Part shown: positions 22,068-30,668 of the stretch, in pieces
How positions within the stretch are numbered: the first letter of the stretch is position 1
How the letters are laid out: every line of letters begins with the position of its first letter
DNA from: an uncultured Actinomycetes bacterium
GTDB taxonomy: Bacteria > Actinomycetota > UBA4738 > HRBIN12
Reading direction: 5' to 3'
DNA: 64,000 nt
Assembly (NCBI GenBank): GCA_964640085.1
Contig: CAZXFA010000014.1
Coordinates: forward strand, 281 to 64,280
Program-made: the position numbers and the translations under genes
Notes under the pieces: generated by a model
What the model saw: only the letters and a program-made list of their open reading frames with translations
Database searches by the model: none
Told to the model about the DNA's origin: nothing

Positions 22068-23392
22068 CTGCGGCTCTTCCGCTCTTCCGCGAGCTCGATC
22101 GTCTCCCCCAACGCGGTGGGGAGATCGGTCGCTCCGTCCACCACGACGGCCCGGTTGTCGGCGAAGACGACCTCGGCCCCACGTGCCAGGGCGCGCTCGC
22201 AGGCGACGTCCACCGCCGCGGCCTTCAGCTCCGTGAGGAGGATGTCGTAGGCCTCCGCACCGTCCATGTCCTCCACCAGCCCGGCGCGGTCAGCCAGGCG
22301 GGCGCTCCACCCCACCACACGGCACCCGTGCGCCCGTTCCAAGACCTCGGCCTGCCTCGCGGCGACCGCGCCCGGAGCCGTGGTGGCGAAGAACACGTCC
22401 CTGCCCCGGACATCCCCGAGCGGCTGTGGTTCGAAATCCGTAACGATGAATCGCGCATCAGTGCGGAGCCGCTGGACGTGGGACCTGAGAGCAGGAAGGT
22501 TCTCGAGCCCGGTTGGGCTGCGACCCATCGTAACAACCACCAGGTCCGATAGCAACAGGCGGAACGGACCGAGGTACCCACCCAGGTACTCGGGCGGTGC
22601 GGTCGCCGGCACGACCAGGACCCCCGCGTCCCAGGGAACCGTCGGCACCGAGGCGCCGCTGCCCTCGAGCACGATCAGCCCTGCACCGAGGTCCACGGCG
22701 AGCTCAGCCGCGTCACGCACGTTGGTCGCCATCGGCCGCCCCGCGAGCCCCCCGCCGGCCCGCCGAGCACCCACGGTGGTCACGCCGCTCGTGACGGCGT
22801 CCTCGAGGTAGTCGGAGGCGGCGTGCTCCCCGCGCCGCACCAGGTCGAGCAGGCGGTCGAGGGTCACGCCCCCCGCCTCGGCCACCTGCGGGCGGGGGGG
22901 GCCGCCGCGACCCATCGCGACGACCACCGGGTTCCGACCCGCGCGCGCCGCCACCCGCGCGACCTCACCGCCGATCGCGGTCTTCCCGGTCCGCTTCCCG
23001 GTGCCGATCACGGCCAGCGTGGCCACGGGGAGGGGCGCCCCCTCGATCGGCGGATCCAGGCGGAAATCCGGTCCCAGGTACGGGATCCCACGGGTCAGCG
23101 CCACTGCGGCCAGCTCCATCCGTTCTCGGTACCCGAGCACCGGCTCATCCGACAGGTCCAGCACACCCTCGGGCGAGAGCTCCTCGATCGCGGTCGCGAG
23201 CGCCTCCATCCGCCCACGCGAGACCGTGAGGATCGGCACGCCGAGATCCACTGCCTCGTCCGGCCGGACCTTCTCGACGCCGCCGACGAGGAGCGCCGCC
23301 ACCGGCTCGTGACCCGACCCCCGAGCTGCCTCGATGCCCCAGCGGGTGACCGGTGGGTAGTGTTCGCCGTCGACCAAGACGAGCACCCTCAC
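22064..23392 (-). CDS. cpgS: Cyclic 2,3-diphosphoglycerate synthetase
   Basis: LVDGEHYPPV, DLSDEPVL, IGTGKRTGKTA, VAMGRGGP, HAASDYLEDA, RRAGGGLAG, EGSGA, TELKAAAVDV match family motifs as I recall them; SD GGAGG upstream of GTG 23392. Confidence 0.9.
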   Translation of the reverse strand: MRVLVLVDGEHYPPVTRWGIEAARGSGHEPVAALLVGGVEKVRPDEAVDLGVPILTVSRGRMEALATAIEELSPEGVLDLSDEPVLGYRERMELAAVALTRGIPYLGPDFRLDPPIEGAPLPVATLAVIGTGKRTGKTAIGGEVARVAARAGRNPVVVAMGRGGPPRPQVAEAGGVTLDRLLDLVRRGEHAASDYLEDAVTSGVTTVGARRAGGGLAGRPMATNVRDAAELAVDLGAGLIVLEGSGASVPTVPWDAGVLVVPATAPPEYLGGYLGPFRLLLSDLVVVTMGRSPTGLENLPALRSHVQRLRTDARFIVTDFEPQPLGDVRGRDVFFATTAPGAVAARQAEVLERAHGCRVVGWSARLADRAGLVEDMDGAEAYDILLTELKAAAVDVACERALARGAEVVFADNRAVVVDGATDLPTALGETIELAEERKSRR

Positions 23393-23433
23393 GGTGTTCC
23401 CTCCGCCCTCCGAGATGGCGTGGTCGCTTCGGC

Positions 23434-24237
23434 TCAGTTCCCTTGCTGCGCCGCGGCGGTTCGCAGCGGCTGCTGCACGGGCGGCTCGAGCTCCCGGTAG
23501 AACTGCTCGCCCGTGGACAGCGCGAAGTGCGCGATCGCGCTCCCGCCGCCGAACGGGTAGCGGCGCGTGATCTTCACATCGTCGCCCTCGAACTCGAGCA
23601 CGTTGTAACAGGGCTTCGTGTAGCCCCGGAGCCGGAGCGAGGCGACGGTCCCGGCGTTGGCTACGTACAGATCCTCCAGCCGCCACACGTAGGGGACGTG
23701 CTTGTGCCCGGACAGGACGATGTTCACGCCGGCCGAGATCAGCTCTTCGAGCAGATCCCCCGCGTCCATCACGGTGCTCCGTTCTCGGCCGGTGCCGGGG
23801 ATCGGCAGGAGGTGATGATGGAGCACGAACACCTTGAGATCGGCCGCAGCCCGGAACTGCTCGCGGATCCACGGATAGCGTTCGCGGCCGACCTGACCCT
23901 CGTTGACGTCGGGCTCGCTGGAGTCCACGCCCACGATCCGAACCCCCTCCACGTCCACGCACCAATGCCGCTCGCCGATCAGCTCCTCGAAGTGCAGGTA
24001 TCCCACGTTGCGCGCGTCGTGGTTACCGGGGATCGTGTGTATCGGCGCCCGGATCCGATCGGCGTAGGCCACCCAGTTCTTGTACTCCTGCCGGAACCCC
24101 TCGTTGGTGAGGTCCCCGCTGCAGATCACGACGTCGGGCTGGAGCTCGTTCAGCTCGACGATGACCCGGTTCATCAGGTTCGGGACGAAGTAGGGGGATC
24201 CAACGTGCGGGTCGGAGATGTGGGCGACCGTGACCAC
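23434..24237 (-). CDS. Calcineurin-like metallophosphoesterase (CpdA/Icc-like)
   Basis: HISDPH, SGDLT, PGNHD, HHH, SGHKH metal-binding motifs; GTG 24237 preceded by TACACT 6 nt upstream. Confidence 0.9.
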   Translation of the reverse strand: MVTVAHISDPHVGSPYFVPNLMNRVIVELNELQPDVVICSGDLTNEGFRQEYKNWVAYADRIRAPIHTIPGNHDARNVGYLHFEELIGERHWCVDVEGVRIVGVDSSEPDVNEGQVGRERYPWIREQFRAAADLKVFVLHHHLLPIPGTGRERSTVMDAGDLLEELISAGVNIVLSGHKHVPYVWRLEDLYVANAGTVASLRLRGYTKPCYNVLEFEGDDVKITRRYPFGGGSAIAHFALSTGEQFYRELEPPVQQPLRTAAAQQGN

Positions 24238-24300
24238 GGCGTCAGTGTATCCGCGGCCGAGGCGGCGGCGCCCGACACCGCGTGGGACCATACGGACGCC

Positions 24301-25470
24301 GTGAACGGGCTCGATGCGTTCCTGCTCGTCCTGCTGATCCTGGCCGGCCTGTCGGGGTTCCGGCGTGGCCTCGCGCTCCAGACGCTCAGCTTCGGGGGCC
24401 TCCTGGTCGGGCTGGCCGTGGGAGCCGTGATGGCGCCGCTGCTCGTCGGTCTGGTGGAGAGCCCTGCGGCGCGGGCGACCACCGCCGTGCTGGTGTTGGT
24501 GGGGTTCGGCGTTGCCGGGGACGCGGCGGGCTGGCTCCTGGGGGACCGTCTGCGGACGCGGGCACGAGCGACGCGCTTCGGTCGAGCCGACGCGATCGGG
24601 GGGTCCGCCGTGGCGATCCTCGCGTCGCTGGTCGCGATCTGGTTCCTGGCGCTGAACCTCGCCAACGGGCCCCTTCCCGGCGTGGCCGCCGAGATCCGAG
24701 GGTCGGCGATTGTTCGCACGCTCGACGACGCGCTCCCGCAACCCCCCTCGCTCCTGGCGCAGGTCCGGCGCTTCTTCAACCGGTTCGGCTTCCCCGATGT
24801 GTTCTCCGGGATCCCGCCCCTGCCCGCCGACCCGGTCGACCCGCCCTCGCGGGCGCAGGCCCGAGCGGCCTTCGAGGAGGCCGCTCCCAGCACGGTCCGG
24901 GTCGTCGGGCGCGCCTGCGACTCGGTGCAGGAGGGGTCCGGGTTCGTGGTCGCCGAGGGCTACGTGGTCACCAACGCCCACGTGGTGGCCGGGATGCCCG
25001 ATCCCCTGGTGCAGTTCGCGGACGGCACGAGCCTGCCCGGCACGACGGTGCTGTTCGACCCCCAGATGGACCTGGCGATCCTGTTCGTGCGGCAGGGGAT
25101 CGGCGATCCGCTCACCCTCGTCGGGGACGCAGGGCGCGGCGACACGGGCGTGGTGCTCGGGTACCCGAGAGGCGGGCCGCTCACCGGAGACGGGGCGGCC
25201 GTGCTGCGGACGATTGACGCCGTCGGTCGAGACATCTATGGACGGCGCGAGGCCGAGCGCGACGTCCTCGAGCTCCAGGCCGAGGTCCGGCCGGGCAACT
25301 CCGGGGGTCCATTCGTGCTCCTGGACGGTTCGGTCGCGGGCGTGGTCTTCGCGGCCTCGTCGACCGACGACGAGATCGGATACGCGATCGCCTCGCAGGA
25401 GGTCACGCCCCGGGTGGGACAGGCCCTCGGGCGGATCGACGAGGTCCCAACCGGTTCCTGCCTGCCCTGA
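24301..25470 (+). CDS. MarP-like membrane serine protease (CvpA TM domain plus trypsin-like domain)
   Basis: N-terminal TM helices; GSGFVV, TNAHVV, DLA, GYP, PGNSGGP catalytic triad motifs. Confidence 0.88.
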   Translation: MNGLDAFLLVLLILAGLSGFRRGLALQTLSFGGLLVGLAVGAVMAPLLVGLVESPAARATTAVLVLVGFGVAGDAAGWLLGDRLRTRARATRFGRADAIGGSAVAILASLVAIWFLALNLANGPLPGVAAEIRGSAIVRTLDDALPQPPSLLAQVRRFFNRFGFPDVFSGIPPLPADPVDPPSRAQARAAFEEAAPSTVRVVGRACDSVQEGSGFVVAEGYVVTNAHVVAGMPDPLVQFADGTSLPGTTVLFDPQMDLAILFVRQGIGDPLTLVGDAGRGDTGVVLGYPRGGPLTGDGAAVLRTIDAVGRDIYGRREAERDVLELQAEVRPGNSGGPFVLLDGSVAGVVFAASSTDDEIGYAIASQEVTPRVGQALGRIDEVPTGSCLP

Positions 25471-25548
25471 CCGCCCGTGTCGGGACCCGACGCTCCGCCG
25501 GGAGGCGCCCGACGTCGGCCGAACGGGCCACTTGAGGGGCGACACGGC

Positions 25549-25574
25549 CCACATCCTCCGGCCACATCCTCCGG
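25549..25574. repeat. 13-bp perfect tandem direct repeat (CCACATCCTCCGG x2)
   Basis: Read directly in the intergenic region upstream of the L,D-transpeptidase gene. Confidence 0.8.
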
Positions 25575-25616
25575 CGAGTTCTCCATCGGCGTGCCGGGGC
25601 CCCCGATACGGGCTGT

Positions 25617-26459
25617 GTGGGACGCCTCCGATCGCCGGTCCGCGTCGTCCTCGTGCTCGCGCTGGGACTCGTGCTCGCGCTGGGGCTCGTACCTATGGGT
25701 GCGGGTGGGGCCGGCCTGGCGTCCGAGCGACCCGGAGGCGGTGCGACAGGGTTCGCACCGGTCCCAGCCGGCTCGCGGACCCTGGCGACCGAGGCGCGGG
25801 AGGCGATGCTCATCGCGCGCCCGCCCGTCCGCACCGCCTCCGCCGAGGAGCGATCCATCGCCCACCTGCTGGTCCGGATCGAACGAGCCCTGCCGTTGTC
25901 CGCCCGACCGGGTGGCGGGAGGAGGGTCGGCATCCTGCCGGCCGGCTCCCGCTACTACGGGACACCGATCGTGGCATGGGTGCTGGAGGTCAGCCGGGAC
26001 GGACGGTTCGGGCGGGTCTCGATCCCCTACTCCGAGGGTCGGGCCACGGGGTGGGTCCGCCTCCGTGGCCTCGAGAGCCTGACCACCCGGGTGAGCGTGG
26101 TCGCTGACCTCTCGCAGCACCGCATCGAGGTCCGTCGTGGCGAGCGCGTCCTGTTCTCCGCCCCCGCCGCGACCGGAGCGCCGGGGTCCCCCACCCCTCC
26201 CGGCCGCTACTTCGTCACCGACCGGGTGGCGTTCCCGGCGGGCGGCGTGCTGGGGACCTTCGCGTTCGGGGTCTCGGGGATCCAGCCCCGGCTGCCCGTC
26301 GGGTGGACAGGTGGTGACCAGCTCGCGATCCACGGGACCAACGCACCGTGGACGATCGGGACCTCGTCCAGCGCCGGCTGCCTCCGCGTGTCCGATCGGG
26401 TGCTCGACCGTCTCCGACCGCTGCTGCGGCTCGGCACGCCGGTGATCGTGCACAGGTAG
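25617..26459 (+). CDS. L,D-transpeptidase (YkuD domain) with signal peptide
   Basis: TPPGRYFV, AIHGT, SSAGCLR (catalytic His and Cys); hydrophobic N-terminus. Confidence 0.88.
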   Translation: MGRLRSPVRVVLVLALGLVLALGLVPMGAGGAGLASERPGGGATGFAPVPAGSRTLATEAREAMLIARPPVRTASAEERSIAHLLVRIERALPLSARPGGGRRVGILPAGSRYYGTPIVAWVLEVSRDGRFGRVSIPYSEGRATGWVRLRGLESLTTRVSVVADLSQHRIEVRRGERVLFSAPAATGAPGSPTPPGRYFVTDRVAFPAGGVLGTFAFGVSGIQPRLPVGWTGGDQLAIHGTNAPWTIGTSSSAGCLRVSDRVLDRLRPLLRLGTPVIVHR

Positions 26460-26482
26460 GCACGACCGGCCGACCGCGAGCC

Positions 26483-28717
26483 CTACTCCTCCATCACGAC
26501 CCGCACATCGCCCTCACGGTCCAGGAGCGAGAACGACGTGATCTCGCCTTCCCGCCGGAACAGGAGGCTGATCCGGCTCTCGCCCACCAGCAGGTTGCGT
26601 ACCTCGACGGTGTTGAGCCAGGTCGGCAGGTGCGGCTGGTTCACGCGGAGAAGGTTCCGGTGGGCCCGGGCGGAGATCCCGAGCATCGCCTGGAGCATCA
26701 GGTACGGGGAGCCCGCCGCCCATGCCTGAGGGGAGCAGGCGATCGGGTAGCTGACCGGGCGGTTCGGCGTCCGACGCGTGAAGCCGCAGAAGAGCTCGGG
26801 CAGCCGGAGGTAGTCCGCGGTGATCGCCGCGTCGAACAGCGCCGTCGCCACCCGGTTCGTCGCTCGCGCGAGCCCGTACCGCTTCATCCCGGCCGCGATC
26901 AAGGCGTTGTCGTGCGGCCAGACCGAGCCGTTGTGGTAGCTCATGGGGTTGTAGGCGGCCGCCCCCTTGCTCATCGTCCGGATGCCCCAGCCGCTGAACA
27001 TGTCCGGGGAGAGGAGGCGCCTGGCCAGCGCGTCGGCCTTGTCGTCGTCGACGATCCCGCAGTACAGGCCGTGTCCCGGGTTCGACATCACCGTGCGCAC
27101 CGGCTGCTTCTCGCCGTCGAGGGCGGCGGCGAAGTAGCGCTCGTCCTCCATCCAGAAGACCTCGTTGAAGCGAGCCCGCAGGCGGAGCCCCTCGAGCTCC
27201 AGGCGGGTCGCCTCCTCCTCGCGCCCCAGGGCTCGGTAGACGTCGGCCATCCGCTGCTTGGCCAGGTAGACGTACGCCTGCACCTCCGCGAGCGCCATCG
27301 GCGGCTCCGCCGGGCGGCCGTCGTCGTGGACGATCGCATCGTGCGAGTCCTTCCACCCCTGGTTGCGGAGCCCGCGGGGCGACCGGCACAGGTACTCGAC
27401 GAAGCCGTCCCCATCGAGATCTCCGTACCGATCGATCCAGGAGAGGGCGGCCTCCGCCGCCGGCAGGAGCTTCTCCGCGAACGCGACGTCGCCCGTCCAT
27501 CGGAAGTGCTGCGCGTACACGATCAGGAACCACGGCGTGGCGTCCACCGACCCGAAGTAGGGGGTGTGGGGAACGACACCGGCCCGGGCGAGCTCCCCCC
27601 GACGGATCTCGTGGAGGATCTTGCCCGGTTGCTCGTCCCGCCAGTCGTCGACCTCCGTCCCCTGCTTGTCGGCGAGCAGCTGGAGGGCCTCGCGGGCGGA
27701 GCGCGTGTTCACCATCAGGAGCTGGTGGGCGGTGATCAGCGAGTCTCGGCCGAAGACCGTGACGTACCACGGGATCCCCGCGGCGAGGACGCCGCCGTCG
27801 GCGGTCTCCGTCCAGAGCGCTCGGAGGTCGCGCAGGCTCCGATCCAGGAGCTGGTTGTACAGCTCGTTGTCGGTCGCGATCCTGGTCGACCCGCGCTCCC
27901 ACTCCTCGTAGGACCGGCGGAGCACGTGGATCGCGTGATCGAAGTCCACGGCCGCGACGGGCCCGTCCTCCTCGACGGGCTCGACCGTCAGCCCCACGAG
28001 CTTGGTCTGGTACGGACCCAGGTGGAGCCGGAAGAGGGCCACCGCCGTGACCCCATCCACCTCGATCCGGTCGGGCCGGGCGGCGAAGGACACCCGGGTG
28101 GATCGTCGCACCCGATCGCGCCCCTGGCAGACGAACTCGACCGTCCCGCGGTCGATCGCGGGGGGGCGGGGCTGCTCCGGTACCTCGCGCGCCATGCCGC
28201 GCACCTCGAAGATGTCGGCGAAGTCGGCGGCGAACCGGAACTCCAGGTCGATCTCCACGGGTGACGGGTTGTAGTTCTTCACCCGGACCCGCTCGAACAG
28301 CCGACCGTTGATCGCCCGGATCCGGCGGATGTTGAGGGTCTGCTGCGGAACCACCACCTCGCCTTCGCGGAAGAGATCCGGGTTGGTGAGGTCGACGTGC
28401 GACATGTAGCCGCGCTCGGACGAGGACGACAGCAGCACGGGGTCCCGCCCGTTGATCGTCATCCGGAAGAGCGAGAGGAACCGCGTGTCCCGTGCGTACA
28501 GACCGAGTCCGAAGTCCCCGCCGTGATCCAGGTTCCCCTCGAGGTCCGAGTACAGGAAGGTGTCGCCCTCCTTGACCGAGAGCGTCTTGCTGGCGAGATC
28601 GGTGAGCAGGATGGGCGGGCTCCCCGGCTGGGGGTGGGAGGAAGCGGGGCGAACCTCCGCATGCGCATCCATCGAGGTGATCCTCGCGAGTCTAGGTTCG
28701 GTCTCGGGCACGTTCAA
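26483..28717 (-). CDS. Amylo-alpha-1,6-glucosidase / glycogen-debranching family (alpha/alpha)6 glycoside hydrolase
   Basis: GLYARDTRFLS, FADIFEVRG, AGIPWY..FGRDSLI, EQPGKILHE, NQGWKDS, YHNGSVWPHDN, PQAWAAG. Start may be 28672. Confidence 0.88.
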   Translation of the reverse strand: MNVPETEPRLARITSMDAHAEVRPASSHPQPGSPPILLTDLASKTLSVKEGDTFLYSDLEGNLDHGGDFGLGLYARDTRFLSLFRMTINGRDPVLLSSSSERGYMSHVDLTNPDLFREGEVVVPQQTLNIRRIRAINGRLFERVRVKNYNPSPVEIDLEFRFAADFADIFEVRGMAREVPEQPRPPAIDRGTVEFVCQGRDRVRRSTRVSFAARPDRIEVDGVTAVALFRLHLGPYQTKLVGLTVEPVEEDGPVAAVDFDHAIHVLRRSYEEWERGSTRIATDNELYNQLLDRSLRDLRALWTETADGGVLAAGIPWYVTVFGRDSLITAHQLLMVNTRSAREALQLLADKQGTEVDDWRDEQPGKILHEIRRGELARAGVVPHTPYFGSVDATPWFLIVYAQHFRWTGDVAFAEKLLPAAEAALSWIDRYGDLDGDGFVEYLCRSPRGLRNQGWKDSHDAIVHDDGRPAEPPMALAEVQAYVYLAKQRMADVYRALGREEEATRLELEGLRLRARFNEVFWMEDERYFAAALDGEKQPVRTVMSNPGHGLYCGIVDDDKADALARRLLSPDMFSGWGIRTMSKGAAAYNPMSYHNGSVWPHDNALIAAGMKRYGLARATNRVATALFDAAITADYLRLPELFCGFTRRTPNRPVSYPIACSPQAWAAGSPYLMLQAMLGISARAHRNLLRVNQPHLPTWLNTVEVRNLLVGESRISLLFRREGEITSFSLLDREGDVRVVMEE

Positions 28718-28752
28718 TGACCATCCTCACAGGACTACGAGCGGCGGCGAGC

Positions 28753-29613
28753 CTATCGCTCGACGATCTCCGGACCGGTGGCGCGGATCGAAACCGGCAG
28801 GACCCGCCACCCGTCCACCTGGTGGACCACCTCGGCGGGATCGCGAGGGAAGGCGAGCAGGGACGGCCCCGCGCCAGAGACGCAGATCGGCATCTTGGCT
28901 CCCAGGCGCTCGAAGACCTCCCCCACCTGCGGCACGAGCGAGAGCCGGACCGCCTGATGGAGCCGATCGCGGAGGGCGAGGTGCAGCAGCTCGCGGTCGC
29001 CCTCCACGAGGGCCTGGACCACCAGCGCTCCGTGGGCCACGTTGAAGACAGCGTCACCGAGGGGCACGCGTTCGGGCAGCGCGCGCCGGGCCTCCCCGGT
29101 CGGGAGTCGGGCGCGGGGAACGAGCACCACGGGCGTGAGCGCGTCCGAGACCTCGAAGCGCCGGACCCGCCCGTCTGCGATCACCGTCAGGCCTCCGAAG
29201 GCGGCCGGGGCCGCGTTGTCCGGATGACCTTCGAGCCCGGCGGCATGATCGAACACCGACGGCGGATCGAGGGCGGCTGGGATCCCCAGCAGGAGCCGGC
29301 CGATCGCCACCCCTGCGACCGCGGCGGCGGACGATGACCCGAGCCCGCGCTCCAGCGGGATCCGGTTCACGCCGCGCAGCTGCACGGGCGGGAGCGTCGA
29401 GCCAGCCTTCTGGGCGACCGACCGCATCGCCCGACTCACGATGTCGGTGCCGTCCACCGGGAGCTCGTCCGCGCCCTCGCCATCCCATCGCACCCCCGAC
29501 CCGGCTCCCGTCTCGACCGTGACCTCGTTGCACAGGTCGAGCGCGAGTCCGAAGCAGTCGAAGCCTGGGCCGAGGTTGGCCGAGGTGGCCGGGACCCGGA
29601 CGGTGACGCGCAC
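28753..29613 (-). CDS. thrB: Homoserine kinase
   Basis: VPATSANLGPGFD, PLERGLGSSSAA, EGHPDNAAP, SGAGPS. Confidence 0.94.
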   Translation of the reverse strand: MRVTVRVPATSANLGPGFDCFGLALDLCNEVTVETGAGSGVRWDGEGADELPVDGTDIVSRAMRSVAQKAGSTLPPVQLRGVNRIPLERGLGSSSAAAVAGVAIGRLLLGIPAALDPPSVFDHAAGLEGHPDNAAPAAFGGLTVIADGRVRRFEVSDALTPVVLVPRARLPTGEARRALPERVPLGDAVFNVAHGALVVQALVEGDRELLHLALRDRLHQAVRLSLVPQVGEVFERLGAKMPICVSGAGPSLLAFPRDPAEVVHQVDGWRVLPVSIRATGPEIVER

Positions 29614-29615
29614 GG

Positions 29616-30668
29616 CTACAGCCCGAGCTCGGCCGCGACCGCGTGTGGTTCGGGGGGCACGGTCGGCGGGTGCGCGGCCCCCGAGATCGCCCACTCCGGG
29701 TCCTTCAGCCCGTGCCCGGTGAGGACGCAGACGACGGTCGTATCCCGCGACAGTCCACCCTCCGCGGCCAGGTGCAGGAGCCCGGCCACGCTCGCGGCCG
29801 AGGCGGGTTCGACGAAGAGTCCCTCGCGGGCCACCCGTCGATAGGCCGCGAGGATCTCCCGATCCGTCACGGCCGAGATCGAGCCCTCGGACTCCTTGGC
29901 GGCGGCGACCGCCCGGTCCCACGAGGCGGGGTTGCCGATCCGGATCGCCGTGGCGATCGTCTGCGGCTCGGCGATCGGCTCCCCACGGACGATCGGCGCC
30001 GCGCCGGCCGCCTGGAAGCCGAACAGCCTCGGCGGCTCGTGGATCACGCCGTCCCGCAGGTACTCCGAGTAGCCCATCCAGTGGCTCGAGATGTTCCCGG
30101 CGTTGCCGACCGGGACACAGTGCAGGTCGGGCGCCCGTCCCAGCCCGTCGCAGATCTCGAACGCGGCGGTCTTCTGCCCCTCGAGCCGGTACGGGTTGAG
30201 CGAGTTCACCAGGGTGACCGGATAGTGCTCCGCGAGACCCCGGGCGAGGGCGAGGGACGCGTCGAAGTTGCCGTCCACCTCCAGAACGCGAGCGGCGTGG
30301 ACGAGCGTCCCGGCCATCTTGCCCAGCGCGACCTTGCCCTTGGGCACGAGCACGGCGCAGGGGATCCCCGCCTTGCCGGCGTAGGCGGCGGCGGACGCGC
30401 TCGTGTTGCCGGTCGACGCGCAGACCACCGCCTTCGACCCCTCCTCAAGCGCCTTGCTGATCGCGAGCGTCATCCCGCGGTCCTTGAACGAGGCGGTGGG
30501 GTTGGCCCCCTCGTACTTCAGCCACACCTCGCATCCCGTCTCGGCCGAGAGCGACTCCGAGCGCACGAGTGGCGTCCCGCCTTCGCCCAGGGTGATCACC
30601 TGGGTGGCGTCGGTGACCGGCAACCGATCCCGGTACTCCTCGATCACCCCACGCCAGGGGCGGGCCAT
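29616..30668 (-). CDS. thrC: Threonine synthase
   Basis: [45 protein letters not shown]. Confidence 0.95.
   Translation of the reverse strand: MARPWRGVIEEYRDRLPVTDATQVITLGEGGTPLVRSESLSAETGCEVWLKYEGANPTASFKDRGMTLAISKALEEGSKAVVCASTGNTSASAAAYAGKAGIPCAVLVPKGKVALGKMAGTLVHAARVLEVDGNFDASLALARGLAEHYPVTLVNSLNPYRLEGQKTAAFEICDGLGRAPDLHCVPVGNAGNISSHWMGYSEYLRDGVIHEPPRLFGFQAAGAAPIVRGEPIAEPQTIATAIRIGNPASWDRAVAAAKESEGSISAVTDREILAAYRRVAREGLFVEPASAASVAGLLHLAAEGGLSRDTTVVCVLTGHGLKDPEWAISGAAHPPTVPPEPHAVAAELGL

Noticed and set aside
20431-23965. Long N-terminal extensions on fsa (to 22182) and cpgS (to 23965) that could look like fusions
   Set aside because: The extensions are off-frame readings of the upstream genes. 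SD sequences and stop/start overlaps support the shorter starts at 21093 and 23392.
23353-25554. Apparent 705/706-aa overlapping ORFs suggesting phosphoesterase-protease fusions
   Set aside because: These are two separate divergent genes (starts 24237 and 24301). Each ORF is extended by an open antisense frame of the other.
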